Below the pieces are notes generated by a model. That model was not told the DNA's origin. It saw nothing but the letters and a program-made list of their open reading frames with translations, and made no database searches. A stretch of DNA of 64,000 bases from Bugula neritina. Lineage: Eukaryota; Animalia; Bryozoa. Below are positions 1 through 14,200 of the stretch, one piece after another. Within the stretch, counting starts at the first letter, position 1; the number at the start of each line of letters is the position of its first letter. A program made the translations under genes and the position numbers. The stretch spans positions 1,189,680 through 1,253,679 of the forward strand of contig OZ037767.1 in the NCBI GenBank assembly GCA_964035545.1. The letters are read 5' to 3'.

Positions 1-25
1 GCGCCTGCATATTTTTATTATACAG

Positions 26-2081
26 GAAATACTATCGCCTCTCAGTACCTCAATCATGGAAAGATCTAGAAAAGACACACCAAAAAGAGGTCGTGAATCA
101 ACTGAAGACAGTTTATACAAGTGTCAAGGACGTTGAGCTCTATATAGCAGGTACATGCTGTTATTTGATTGGTCAGTTTTCTGAGGGGAAACTTTATCAA
201 ATTGAATGATGGGTTATACTTCGTTATTTCAGTTTGTGTTAGAAAAAACACACACTTAATGATATTTTTCAGCTGCACAATTTTCCAAGAAGAAGCCATG
301 AATCTAAGATTTAGCTTTAAATATAATATTTTTAAATGTTTTCACAGCTCTATTACTGTCGCCCAAATACATGTGTGCTTTTCAATTTTACAGGAATCAC
401 GGAGAACCCCCTACCTGGAGCTCTGGTCGGTGAGCTGTTTGCAAATATTATTGGTGACGGTTTCTCAAGGTCAAAGAAAGGTGACAGATTCTATTTTGAA
501 AGTAGCCAGAGTGGATTAACTTCAGGTATGTCAGTACATATGTACTTCCTCTTTTGACTGAACTGTACTCATAATTGAAGACATTAAGGATCAAAAGTCA
601 TTTACTTATCACAATAAAATCTAAGCAGTGGACGTGTTGAGTTGATAACTAAAGTTTTTTTGGCTTCAAGTCACATTATGTTGTATTTTGAGTGAAAGAT
701 ACAATCATAAGTGATTAGAGAGCTTCAAGTCATAACTTATATATTATCATCATGTTGTTTTGCAGCTCAAGTTGCTTCAATCAAACGATATACTTATGCC
801 CAAGTACTTTGCGAGGGACTCAGCATGGATAAGATTGTGAATAAAGTATTCTTCAGGAACGGACAGTAAGTAGCTTTAGTATTATCTGCACACACTTTAT
901 GAATTCAGCATTGTAATACCACTGTGAATTATATAAATGGATATAAATCTGCAGCACTTGATTGCTATTAAGTTAGTAAAAAGGTAATGCTATGCTTTCT
1001 AAAAGATTTAATGCTCTCAATTAAATACTCAATTGGAATTCTTTACATTTAGTGTTGCATGAAGTTGTATTATTTTATGAATATCTTTTCCTAACAATTT
1101 GTTTGACTAAACTCATTTGTGTTAACAACTTTTGCTTCAGCAAATGGTGAGGTAGAGGTAGAGGTGTGGCCTTTCTCATCAGGTTGTCTTTATGTTTAGT
1201 GTCATTTACTTTTCTACTTCCTGTTTCACATCTGTCACTTCCTAAATACTGTTATTAACCATTTGCTTAGCATTTTGAGGCTTTGCCTGCAACTGTAAAA
1301 GTAAGTTGCAGATGGTATAACCAAATAACATACTAGGTTTAGCATTCAGCATCTGCATTTCATATTCCTAATGATATGGTTATTCTGTCAATAGAAAAGG
1401 AGCTCGAGAGGTGTCCTGCTCCAGTTTCCCATCTCTAGACTTTAAGTTATGGAAATCTAAAGGAAGCAGTAACAGTAATAGCAAGAAGTGTTATTGGAAG
1501 GTTACAAAAGCAGGCAAATGCTGTCGAGGTATTTATTATAATGTTTTAATATTATATTATAATATTATAATTTTTTAGAATTCAGCAGAACCATCTAGAA
1601 CATGCATAAGTGCAGTACTTTCATCTGAAACCTAAGTAAAATATACAAAATTAAATTGAAGGGTTTAGAACTTTTCTATTATGACAGACATTGTGTCTTG
1701 GCACAGTTTGGTTTATAGGAAAATTGATTAGAGTTACTGCACCAGAATTTTTTCAATGACAATTTCAAAATATTCTAGAATTGTTTTAGTAACTATTTTT
1801 AGCCAAATTTGAAAACTAGCAGCAAGATATTCTATCTAGTTTTGTTCTCCAGACTCTCTGGTTTGATATATGAACTGTAATAAAAAAGCTTTTGCTCTCT
1901 ACAACTTGTAGGACGGCGTCAAGTGTACAGGACGTGTGTCAACGCTAGCAGTTCTTGCCGATGTACAGGTAGAAATCAAACGAGTGAAACCTGCAAAGGT
2001 GGCTATAATTTCTCAAGATGTTTAGTCCGGCCCTTTTCCATCCTACTACCAGCTAAAGGATCAGCCAAGATCACAGGCTAA
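26..2081 (+). CDS. Animal heme peroxidase paralog A, last 5 exons only (gene begins upstream of the window)
   Basis: GT-AG exons 26-150, 394-525, 766-865, 1395-1528, 1912-2081 splice in frame: KYYRLSVPQSWKDL..DVELYIAG-ITENPLPGALVGELFANIIGDGFSRSKKGDRFYFE..QVLCEG..SLDFKLWK..CYWKVTKAGKCCRG-RRQVYRTCVNASSSCRCTGRNQTSETC..KITG*. Near-identical to the terminal exons of paralogs B and C. Confidence 0.9.
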
Positions 2082-3161
2082 TTAAGCCTTATTCGATGAC
2101 CTTTGACCCTTCAATAATAAAATTTTTGTAATACTACCAGCTAGAGAATTAAAATTAAAGAAAATGTGACTATTTTTTGTTTTAGGTATATGAATTCTTT
2201 GATTCTTGTTTTTGTTGGTTTTAAATTATGAGAGCTTTTATGTCTTTATGTTGTCTGATTATTTATTCAAAGAAATTCAAATGATGCTTTTTGATTATCT
2301 GTTACTCTTTTATTGCCCTGCCACTTCAATAAAGTTTTTTAAGTTTCTAAACATATTTGTTTAAGTCACAGAAAATGAACTGCAGTAAAATCTTTTGTAA
2401 AAAGGAGGGAAGCAATATTTGTAATTGTTGTATTTATTTTAACATCTAGCTTATTCAAGTTGCTCTCAATAATGATGGCATGAAACTTTGTTAGACATGT
2501 ACAAAAGTTTTCTACATGTCCAGTTGCAGATCTTTAAAGCCCTTATGATACTTTTCTATATGCAGGTGTTTATTTCCGAAAGTATAAAAATTAGTTTAGT
2601 TCACTGCTTCAATAACAACAGAAACTTTAAATAATAATTTATTACAATTTCAAAAACTTTATACAAGTCTTGTAAAGTGTGGGTTTCCATCAACATTGGA
2701 AATTTCACAAGTCTGTTGCTTTAGTTTTTGTGCTTTGAGATAAAATATTTCCACTTTTCCTGGTTGAAGGGAACTAACTTTTGTTTTTTCAAGTTTTTAT
2801 GTTTAATGTTTTCTATTTTATATTTCTCATAAATTATTATAATAATTGCTGCAATAAAAAATATATTGTTGCTTTGTTCGGTGTTTCCTCTTAGTTTTAT
2901 ATCTGCACAAAGGGCTATAAATTGTTTTTGTGCATAATATGCAATCAACTACAAAAATATATATACAAGCATGCGTTCATTTTATCACAAACTATTATAC
3001 AATTCTTATTAAATTTATTCAGGCAACTATAATACTATTCCAATACCTTTTAATGAGTTTAGATTACTAATAGTTACTAGTTATTAATCTTAGTATAAAT
3101 TGCTATTATAGTTATCTACTATAACTTGAATATGTAGTAACAATATTAGTTTCTGTTCCAG

Positions 3162-4170
3162 AGTATTCATAGGAATGTCGATGACTAAAGAAGATGTAAG
3201 AGTAGGTATATACCATGTTTCTATGTTAGTTCTCACATTTTACCATATATGATTACATATACAAATAATGTAATCATATTTTATGCATGTTATAAGAAAC
3301 TAAGTAATAATGGTGACCATTCCATGGGCAAGATTCTTCTCTTAGGGCAAATTCGCATTATATGTTTTCTAAACTCAGTGAAAGTATTTTTTGGAAGAAT
3401 TTAAATTTAAGATTTTTTTATTTTATATGTTTGGTGTTTCAGGTCTAACCTTCTCTTTCATTATTAAATTATTATACTTCTGTTCTAGTGAGCTGTCCAT
3501 GTGACTTGTGATGACAGAGATAGCTGTGAAGGGAGAAAATTTTTAAAGGAGTGACAACTCCCAAAAGAATGGGAGATGATGTATTATGCAAATAAGGCAA
3601 CTTTTCAAAGCACTGAGATAACAACTCCTGTTGATGTGGGAAGTCTATTTTTAAACCAATGACACAACTCATAAAAGAAAACTCCTGAGATAGAAGAAAT
3701 GAGCTCTGGTGTAAGTGGGAAAACTCCCAATATGGGATATACAACCAGGAAAACTGTATGCATGGATGAGAAAAGATTTTATTAAAAGAATTTGGCTGCA
3801 AAAATAGCTACCAAGAAGTTGGAGGCAAAACAAAGAGATTTTTATTCTTTTAATGCTTATTGATTCAAAACACTTGATTGATCTTAAAATGTGGTATTTA
3901 ATATGCTATTTTTTAAATTATATGCAAGTTGAAAACTTCTTAAAGACATAAAAATACTTTAGCAAGCTTGAATTTATTTCTCTTGCAATTTTTAAATTTT
4001 GCACTGAAAATATGTTCTGGTACTATTTTATCTTTGCATACATAATTTGATAAAAGGAAAAATAATCAATATTCTACATGATATCTAGGTTAATAGGCAT
4101 AAATCTCCAAACAGAGGTTAAAATTGAGTTTTTTTTATAATTTTAGACTGGAGAAACCAGTCACAATTAA
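3162..4170 (+). pseudogene. Decayed copy of the small secreted acidic Thr/Met-rich gene
   Basis: 3162-3201 (VFIGMSMTKEDVR) matches exon 2 of the intact copies (VFIGMLLAKGDAR). About 3490-3710 is a degenerate exon 3 with stops and a 1-nt frameshift before TPEIEEMSSG|gtaagt. 4147-4170 (TGETSHN*) matches the last exon. No exon 1 seen. Confidence 0.7.
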
Positions 4171-7100
4171 ACTGAAACCAGCTGGCATTAGCAAGTGAGA
4201 TTGTTAGTTATAACACATCACTTGTATTTAATAATAAACATAACTGTAGGTGGAACTGTATCAGTATTTTGATTTAGTAATGAGTAAACAGCTATTTGTA
4301 AAATTATGGACACATGCAGCCATCATGTTCATCTTTAACGACTTTCAATTTAACATGGCTGATATTTAAGGTTGGTGTCAGAAGCACTCCCAAAGTATGT
4401 CTTTGCATACAGATAATCTACTTACTTTCAGATGGTGACAGTCTAGTACTGAAACCAGCATGCATTTCCTATAAGCCCCATATTATATACAAATCTTCAA
4501 CACCCAAGATTAAGACACCAGTATACCAGCCAATAAACATTGGGGAAGAAGACACAAGGAAGAGATTAAAGTTAGATTTATTGAGTGCATTATCAGCATG
4601 ATGGTGTGTACATAACTAGAGTTTGGGAATATCATCAACAACACCAAAAACCTAAACAGACAATCTGTTCATCTAAACACTCAGTCTACCAGTTGTTTGA
4701 ATTTATAGGTAACATGAGATTATTGAACTGAAGTTATACATACTGTATATAAAGTTTGATAATAGTCCAGGATACTTTGAAAGCTGGAGGCACCTGTTGA
4801 CATGTGCCAGTGCAACCTCCATGTTAGCATAACTGGCCACCACTAAACATCCTGTAACAAGGATCATGAAATTGGCTAATGGTGGAAGATTTTACCAAAA
4901 TTTCCCGTCATCACCTAAAGTTCAATATCCAGAAATCAAAGCATACATGCCTTGATATTTTAGGAGCTGTAATACACTAAACAACTTTGATAAAGCGCAG
5001 CTAAAGATGCGAAGTTGATTGTTAATACAATTTTGTTTACTTAATTGTGCATTAGTACTATTTCCATATATTATTTATTTGTGCTAATCTTTTCACCGGT
5101 CATTTATGCTATTTGTGTGCAATATATTTTTCACACAACAATAAATACCCAATAAATCATCACTTCCCGTATCTTTGCCTCCAGTTCCTCGTTATTCTAC
5201 TTAATGTATATGCAGTATGTACAAGAGACGGCTTGGCTAGGCGTAAGAGTTGGTTGGTGAAAGAGCAGGCATGTGGTACATCCTGGTATATCGTGGTACT
5301 TGTAACTTCTGCATATCCCACACATCTGATGCTCCACTCGCACTTCAGTTTGTCCCACCATGATTAATGCTCTATAAATAACTCCACATTACCAGTTTGC
5401 ATAAATTGCTTATAAGGAAACAATTTTATGCTTGATGTAATTCAATAATTATACATTATGCAATATAAGTACTATTGTCTAAAATATAATGAATGGAAGG
5501 AGGTATTCTTTGGTAATGCAGGCATAAAGAAAATTAAACAAGGAAATACTTTTTGGTTTAAACAGCTGCTATAATACTTTTTATGCAACTAAAATAGTGA
5601 AAACATGTGTTTCTATTATTTATCTAGGTTATTGAGCTATACCTGTTTAATTATGGTTTTATGATATATTCCAAGTAAAATGTTTATTTAAAAATTGCAT
5701 CTTAAAATAAATTTGAGTACTTCAACAACACTTTTGCACATGCAGAAAATCTATAAGGTAAAAGCTTACAAGTAAGACAAAGCTAAACATCAAGTAAGGT
5801 TGTAGAATTTCTGCTGTAAAAGAATTGTTATGGCAAATTAACTAGTATTGTGAGTTAGCTTTTGTTAGCTATAAGCTGCCAGCCTTGTTTTTATGGTGAA
5901 GCAAATAAATGATCATTGCAAGTTGCCAGGTGCCTTGGCGTCCTTTTCAATGTTAGGACCATCAGAATACTCTGGTTTCTCATGAAATATAGGTGTTTAA
6001 ACTCTCTATTATACTATAAAAGTATATAAAGTTGCTTGACGTTCATTTCCTCATATTTAACTTATGAAAGGCTGCAAAAATGGTGTCAGAAATTTGATTG
6101 GACCATACTGAGCTGAATTAAAATCATTTTTAAAAGTCTACTTACCTTTTGTGATCAAAAATAGGCATTCTGCATTTAGGATCAGTAGTGGAGAAATTGA
6201 GATAGCCTAAGCTCTTTAATTTTATAAGTTAGTTTTGGTTTGGGTTGAAATGTTCTCGAGAGCATAACTTTTTATGCTACATTTTTAATCTAGAACACAG
6301 GCTTTTCTCAATTTCTTCATTGCTGCACCTACCTCGCATTCTGTGACTCTTGCTATGAATGACTATAAGTTTAAACTGTTTCTGATTATTTGTATAGATG
6401 GTAGTTCTTAAACTTGCTTTAGCTATCTTGAATTCACACACTTTTTCCTTAGGCCTTAGCTCCTTCAATTGCTAAGGTGTGAGTGAAATAGGACTCTGTT
6501 CTGTGCTGCTGAAGGTAAAGAAAGCAGTTACTGGCCACATATTGAGATTAGATATTTATGCTCAAGTCTCTACATCCTACGTGTTCTATGATTTTATGTA
6601 GAAACAATATCGGCTTTCATAGAACTAATAATAGATAATAGTGTCAATGCTCCCATTACCTCATGAACTAGCTAAGCTCCCTAATCTGTCATTTTCTCTT
6701 GGCCTCTCCCATCTATTATCCAATTTTTTGTATTTCCTAATAAAGAAACGACATTTTTTCCATAGTTTTATCAAAATAAAATGAGTCAGTTTCCTGAAGG
6801 TGGAGCACATTAGGGTCTGTAGATTCTTCTGATCCACCATTATCTATGATAAATCTTCTAAATGACCAGCTGTAGTCTATTTTAATATATGTTTTCTGTA
6901 TTTCTTTATTATAAGAAAGGCTTTAACTTCTTGCAATAGTTGATAAACACTTGTTGCACAAAGTAAATTCTGTCCTACGTCATTTGAGTTTTTTATTTAT
7001 GTCAGTGTTTTGGATTCCACATCTGCCGTCATCTTAAAAAAAAATAATGCTAATTAGCAAAACAAAATAAGATTATAGAAGTAGTAATATAAATTATATA

Positions 7101-7352
7101 GAGTTAATTCTGTTGAGTTATAAATGCATCTCTAGAAGGATACTGTCTGATACAATGATGCACCAAAACATACATATTAATATCACTTGATAACAAAATA
7201 CTGCATGAATTTTTGTTATTCAACAGTGATTTTTATCTTTGCAAATTGAATTTATTACAGAAATCTTTTAGCTTAAACAGGAATTGCAGGTTCACTTTTG
7301 CTTTTAACTTTTGCAATTGAACTTATAATTTGGCCTTTCAATTTAATGCTAA

Positions 7353-7535
7353 GGAGCAGCTGTGGTGTAGAGGTTAGAGTGCTGACCTAGTAAACACGAG
7401 GTCAGGAGTTCAAGTCCAAACACCTGCTGTGGTGTTAAGACTGCTTTCATTCAACATACGGATAACTCTGTACCCTGTTTTAAAACCCCTTTTCATCAGG
7501 GGTTCTCACAGAGATAGTGGCTATAAACTTGTAAG
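7353..7535 (+). mobile_element. tRNA-derived SINE
   Basis: A-box-like TGGTGTAGAGG and B-box-like GAGTTCAAGTCC, then a body ending in ccttttcatcaggggttctcacagagatagtg shared with three other copies. Confidence 0.75.
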
Positions 7536-8161
7536 TTCATTTGAGTTTCAAACATAAAAATTGATCAACAATTGAACAAACGTCTGCCAAGCATAGTTTA
7601 ACATGCACTTTTGTTTTATTATTTGATTTTAAAATGTAATTATTTAGTATTATCCAAAAAATTAAGCAGGAAAGTAACAGAACAATATATCAACGCTTAA
7701 TGGTTCCAGCTTTGATCACAAACAGTTTATTGTGGTTATCGGTATCTTATTTAAATTGTACCAATTTCCTTTTACATGTGAGTCATAGACTAAAGGTAAA
7801 TGCTACATTTTTAACTTGCATGTTGTATAATTTACATAACATTGAAAATTAAGCATGCTATTTTAATTTTATGGCCATTTTTTACAGTTTATTGCGAAAT
7901 TGGAAGTTTTTTATGAGCCAACATTTCCTTTTTAAATAATTAAATTATTATTCAAGACACCCACGTCATATGAGCAACGAGACCGGCTCATATCTGTTTC
8001 CTTGAGCAGAGAGGTTAATGATTTCCTAGTCTTAAGAGATTTGAAGTCAAACACTCCTTATGATTGGCTGCTTTCTCAATAACTGATCAACTCGGCACTA
8101 ATCTCTCAATCAACTGCCAGTTGGATGATAAATAACTGTTACCACGGAAATAATATTTTCG

Positions 8162-8169
8162 TATAAAAG
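8162..8169 (+). promoter_or_regulatory. Putative TATA box of peroxidase B
   Basis: TATAAAAG about 50 nt upstream of the ATG, conserved at the same position in C (about 25132). Confidence 0.6.
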
Positions 8170-8210
8170 AGGGTTCTACATGCAGCATTGCAGTCACATT
8201 AACTTAGAAC

Positions 8211-11200
8211 ATGGAGTTATCAAGAAGTCAGAAACCGCTTGCTCTCTTAATGTAAGAATTATATTTTTATATTATATAATAATATAATATATAATATAAT
8301 AATATATATTATAACATATATTATTATAATATATAATATTATAATAATATATATCACTATAATATATAATAATTTGTATTAATTAGATCATAAGTTTATA
8401 TATTTTGAAACAAGGCAAATTAGAATGATGAAATTTTTATGTAAATTTTGACATTATAAGGTTAGTTTTTCAAATATATTTTATCTTTACTTACTATTTT
8501 ATATTTGCAATATACGTATATCTATATGTATATATTCTAACATAACATGATATTATACTTTATATAAACATTTTATTATAGCATTACATTATGTATTATA
8601 TCATAATTTGTAATATGCTATTAGATACATTTTTATTGTATTATTATAGTTTTCTTGAAAAGAGATATGATTTTGCGTTACATATACTATTTATAATATA
8701 TTTTTAGTTTCATCTCTCTGGCTGTATCATGTGTCAACTCACAGGTGAGTGTTTCCTCTCTACTTTCGGCTGTTTCAATGTTGAGAAACTTGCAATTTGT
8801 TTATGGTTTGCTGTATTATATATTTTAAATTTTATTTCTCAAAATAGACAACTGGCAAGTTTTAAAATGGATGAAAAAGCCACATTTTTGCATTAAAACA
8901 TCTAGCTTGCAATTATCATGAACATACATATCGTATATTTGCATGCAAAGAACTGTTGGATTTTTATTAACTGGATGTTTAAATATAAATAAATACTAGT
9001 TATGTAAAACTCGTGCTAAACATATCCTATATGTTTGTTTTAGGGAGATGCAGATATATTAAAACGTGAGTATAAAATTTATTTATGAATTAGTTTTGTC
9101 CAGAAATGCTGTTTCCAAGCTATCGTGTCAGAAATTACATTCTTCACAAATTTCTCAGTTACAATAAAGTTTACTTTATAATTTGTTGTGTCATTGTAAT
9201 TCATATGAAATATGTATTGCAATAATAATATCCTTTGATATATTCCATTGTATTGCATATAAATTTTCATATAAAAAAAAGCTCATGCAGATGTATAGTC
9301 ACCATCCCTGTGAGAAACTCCTGATAGAAAGAAAGGGGTTTTTTGTTAAAGCTAAATACTTATTCAGATGAGGCACAGGAGCAATTATGATTAGATGCTC
9401 TTCCTAACATCACCAATGGCCTTTGTCGGGGTTCGAACCCATGACCTCGTGCTTACTAGGCAAAGGCTCTAACCCCTAGACCACACTCCCTTATCATATA
9501 ATATCTTTAAAAAGTCTATATATATATATATAAGGCATGTTGCTCAATGAGTTAACATAACTTATTCTGTCCACAGTGGCTGATCAGCGAGTTGCCAGTA
9601 ACCAAGGTAACAGCGGCCAGTTGAACAGAATCTTTAGCCAAAGTCCCGGACCAACTGAGTTCTTTTCTGCTGACGAAGCTAACACTGCTGCCGTAGAAAT
9701 AAATAAAGCTGCCGCAAGGTCTAATGACGGTGCAGTTGGCCAGTAAGCAAGCACCTGTTACATAATGTAGTTACTGTTAGCCTTACACTATTTAGTTAAT
9801 AGCTGTATAAATATATTATATTTTAATATACCTAATAGAATAACACTTATATTAAAACAGTTGGGTATGTTTTTTACAATGTCTTTTAAGTTATTGCAAA
9901 AAGAAATGTTTTATTCCTCATTTTAAGTGTATAATATATTACTTTTATTGATACTGCTATTGCATATGGACAATAACAAATGTTAAATAGGTAATAAGTC
10001 ATGCATATGAAATGTTATCATATGTCTTATTTTTACCTGTCTTATAGAAAAGTTGTTATTTTTATAAATTTGTGTATTTTAGGGCTGGTCCACCAGGATC
10101 CAATGGAAATTCCAACTCAAATTCTAATAATAATGGCAATCGAGGTAAATTGAAAGTTATATTCATCATGGTTGTAACAGTTTAAGGAATAATATTAATG
10201 TGCCTATATTATTTTATACAATTTATTATAATGAACAAGCATTGAAATTAGCTAAAGAGTATTAAACTTTTCTCTTATACAAGTAAACTGTTTTGAATGT
10301 CAGAATTAGGTTTCTTTTCAGTGTAAAAGAGCCAACACTAAAAGAAAACGCAAGTACAGTAGTGCAAAGAGTGCTGCATATAGTCTTAGATTGATGTGAC
10401 CTACTACACTCCACACATATATTTATGTGACATCTGCTTTTTTAGGAACTCCTGGTTTCGTTCCCTTAAAAAGGTGCATATATGCAACGGCCAATAGCAA
10501 GGCTTGCAGCTCCACCTATAGAGAGCCAACTGGCCGTTGTACTACCACAGCTAATGGCAGGAAGACATGGGGCATGGCTGGAACACCTTTCACCAGAATT
10601 CTCTCCCCAAAATATGAAGACGGTAAAATTTTGAATCTACCATTTTTCTGTTTATCGTTTATTTATTTCTGTTAGTTCAAATTTCAAAACTCAATACTTA
10701 GCTTTATTAATGTAAATATCTTGTAGCATTCGGGAAAAGGCGAGTCACAGAGCTGTTTTCCGGCAAACCCTTGAAATCTCCCCGATTAATATCCACCACT
10801 GTTACTACTACTAACGTCGTACTGAACTTTGAAGGCATCAGCGCTCACACCATGCAGTGGGGTCAATTTATAGCTCACGAGTTCACCCAACTAGCAGAGG
10901 CAGCTCGTAAGTATTATGGCAGCAAGATTTCGGAACTTGTCCAATCTATTTTATAATATTTTAGTCAATAGGATGGCACTAAAGTGTAAACATTTATATT
11001 GTACGATGTTTAATACTGCTGCCATTGCATGTCTGTCTGAATGCTGACTCAATGTAATCATGTTTTAGCCAACACTGCCTGCTGCGCTGACCAAATAGCT
11101 GACACTGTTTATGGACGTGGAGCTACGTCAGCTCAAATAAGCTCTATACGAGATTTGGTGAAAAGGTTTAGAGGAGATATTTGTCAGCAGATTGAAATGC

Positions 11201-14200
11201 CCCTTGACCCCGTCTACAAGGAGCCCATCTGCATGAATCATGTCAGGTCTAAGTCAGCACCTGAACATAACTGTGTGGGCGGTGAGTTGATCTTTATTCA
11301 CAATTATCAAGTTTACTATAATAGATGGAATATTGAAGTCTGTGAATGCTTTCTATTTTGAAACACATTTACTGCAAAGAAAAGTAAGAACTTGGCATAT
11401 GGACTATTAGCGGCAAAATAATTCTAAATAGCAAATAGCTAAATATTGTTATAACGATTCTAGTATAAATTTAGTAGTTTTTTTATACTATCCAGCTAAA
11501 GATCATGGAAACAATTGCTGACTTTAGTCTTCTGCTTTTAGGTCCTCGACAGCAGATGAATGCAATCACACACATTTTTGACGCTTCTAACGTGTACGGT
11601 AGTTCTCAAGCAGAACAAAATAGACTGAGAGACTCATCAGGGGGTAGACTGAAAACTCAGACTGTGAAGGGGATCTCCCTCCCTCCTCAAGACACCAGAG
11701 GATGCCCAGCTAACAAAGTACAATCTAATCGCTGTCCTTTCCTTGGAGGAGACTCTCGTATCAACACCACACGTGAGTCATAGTATCTATGGTTACCAGT
11801 GTTTGTGTGCCAACACTACACCTGAGCCATGGTATCCATGGTAACCAGTGTTTGTTGATGCTGTCTATCTCATATAACTAAAAGCTGTGTAGCAACTTAG
11901 TACATTGCTTGAAATATTCTATAGATAACGCAATAATTTAGATATTAATATTAATACTACAATGCAACAATTTCCACTAGATATATTCCATCCTTGTAAA
12001 GCTGTATATTATATATTCAATCTATTATAGCTCAGTTTACATGTAATTGTAGCCAATCTAATTTCTGCTCACACTGCGTTTGTGAACAAGCACAACCAGA
12101 TTGCTAAAGGATTGGCTACCCAGAATCCTCAGTGGAACAATGAGAAACTTTTCCAGGTATTGCTTTACAAATCCTTAAACTTCTTTTGATAGCCTCGACA
12201 GTATTGAGGAATTTATGTCTTTACGTAAAATATACATAAATATGAACTCAAAAATATAGAAGGTAAAATAACATTGTGTTGGAAAAGTTATGTCTCTTTC
12301 AGATATTTCTTTATACTCTGTAGATTATAACATTTTACAGAATAAAAAATAATATGTTTTGTTATTAATAATAAGTTTACACTTTTTAATAATTGAAAAG
12401 GTGCAAAAATAATAGAATGTTGCATACTGTAATGGAACATGAAATAATTCAATGCAGCACGATTAACATAATAAAATACATAAGTCACCACATACTGTAG
12501 TATAATATAACATGATATAATATAATGCAATACCATATAACATAGCATAGTATATACACAATATATCATCCATTTTCAATTACAGCTTTCTGCTATTTAT
12601 TATCCAATAAATCTTCTCTATTTCCAGGAAACAAGAAAAATCATCTCGGCCATTCAATCTAACATTCACTTCTACGAGTACCTTCCCATAATTCTCGGGT
12701 CAGCCACTATGAGCAAGTACAGATTATCTTCCTACGCCGGATATGACCGTAACACCAACCCTTCTATTCTGTAAGCACTAACTCAATTATTAAAAAATGG
12801 TTTGGGAAATCGCTTATGAAGTTTGGTAAAAATACTTTTTATGTGTGTATGACTTTAAATTGAACTACGATGTAGGGTGATATGCTGTAAGGTTAACTGA
12901 ATATTATAATTGATTTATATAACACTCAGATACTCTATTATCAAAAAAACTAATACCACTAATTGTGCTTTTTTGTGAAATTTGCAGAAATGAGTTGGCT
13001 GGAGCAGCCTTCAGGTTTGGTCACTCCACTATTGACGGATTCATCACAATGGTTAAAGATAGCGGACCTTCCCAGTTCATTGACTTGAAAGACAATTTCT
13101 TCAACAGTGATTTGATTTATAAGGATGGTAAGAAACTTTAGTACTTTCTACAAGGTCGCCATGGTTGTTAGGTTATCATGGTTACAGGGTTACCATAGTT
13201 ACTAGGCTGCCATGATCACAGGATTGCCATGGTTGCTAGGTTACCATTATCACAATGTTACCATAGTTACAGGGTTACCACGGTTACAGAAGACCACCTT
13301 ACTCTTATATAGTTACTTCTGGCATATATGAGTACTTATATTTATATGTGCTGCAAATATAATATTTTAATGATATGTCTAACAATAAAAGCATATTTTT
13401 TTACTAAACAAACAAACTATTGATGTTTTAACTAAAGATATTTATATACAATAGTCAAGATTTCATAATCTCTCTGCAGGTGTAAAGCAGTGTGCTAAAG
13501 GATTGTCTAATGACAGACCGTGGAATGTTGACAGAAACTTCCCAAGCCAGGTAAAGCATGCTAGTTTATTGTATTCTTTATGATTAATGATTAACCAATA
13601 TATGCTAATATTAATAATCAATATAAGTAATCAGCATTTATTTATATTTCGATTCTAGATGAGAGACTTTCTCTTTGACTCTAAGCTCGATATCACATCT
13701 TTGAATATAAACCGTGGAAGAGATCATGGTTTTAGGTCATACGTTGACTACAGGTACGCTTGACTTCCAACTTCTTTTAATTCTTAGACATCATTTCTAT
13801 GGTTAAGATATTTCAATGCGTCACTAGATAAAGCTCTTTCATCAATATATATACTAGCTAGATTAACACACACTCGGTAATCTTTCACTCTCTATAATCT
13901 ATATTATATAGTGCATGCTTATTTCTATTATATAGAAAACACTATCGCCTCTCAGTACCTAACTCATGGAAGGATCTAGAAAAGACACACCCAAAGGTGG
14001 TGGTCGATCAGCTGAAAACAGTCTATACAAGTGTTAAGGACGTTGAGCTCTATATAGCAGGTACATGCTGTTATTTGATTGGTCAGTAAAAGCAAAACTT
14101 TATCTATTATTTGATATGTATCAGGAAAAAGCCCTGATTGATTTTTCGACAATATTTCTAAGGAGACGCCGTGAATCTTAATTTATTATATACTTAAGAA

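Noticed and set aside
4280-4955. Exon-like segment (ORF 4314-4601) absent from unit 2
   Set aside because: No recognisable family, and stops in the continuation.
5200-5365. Minus-strand Cys/His-containing frame (HQMCGICRSYKYHDIPGCTTC)
   Set aside because: The duplicate at about 22720-22862 has a 4-nt deletion, and no domain was recognised.
6277-6875. Minus-strand exon-like relics with acceptor-like sites
   Set aside because: In-frame stops, partly deleted in the duplicate, and no recognisable homology.
7353-7430. Functional tRNA-Thr gene
   Set aside because: Acceptor stem is not intact and it runs into a shared repeat body; it is a SINE head.
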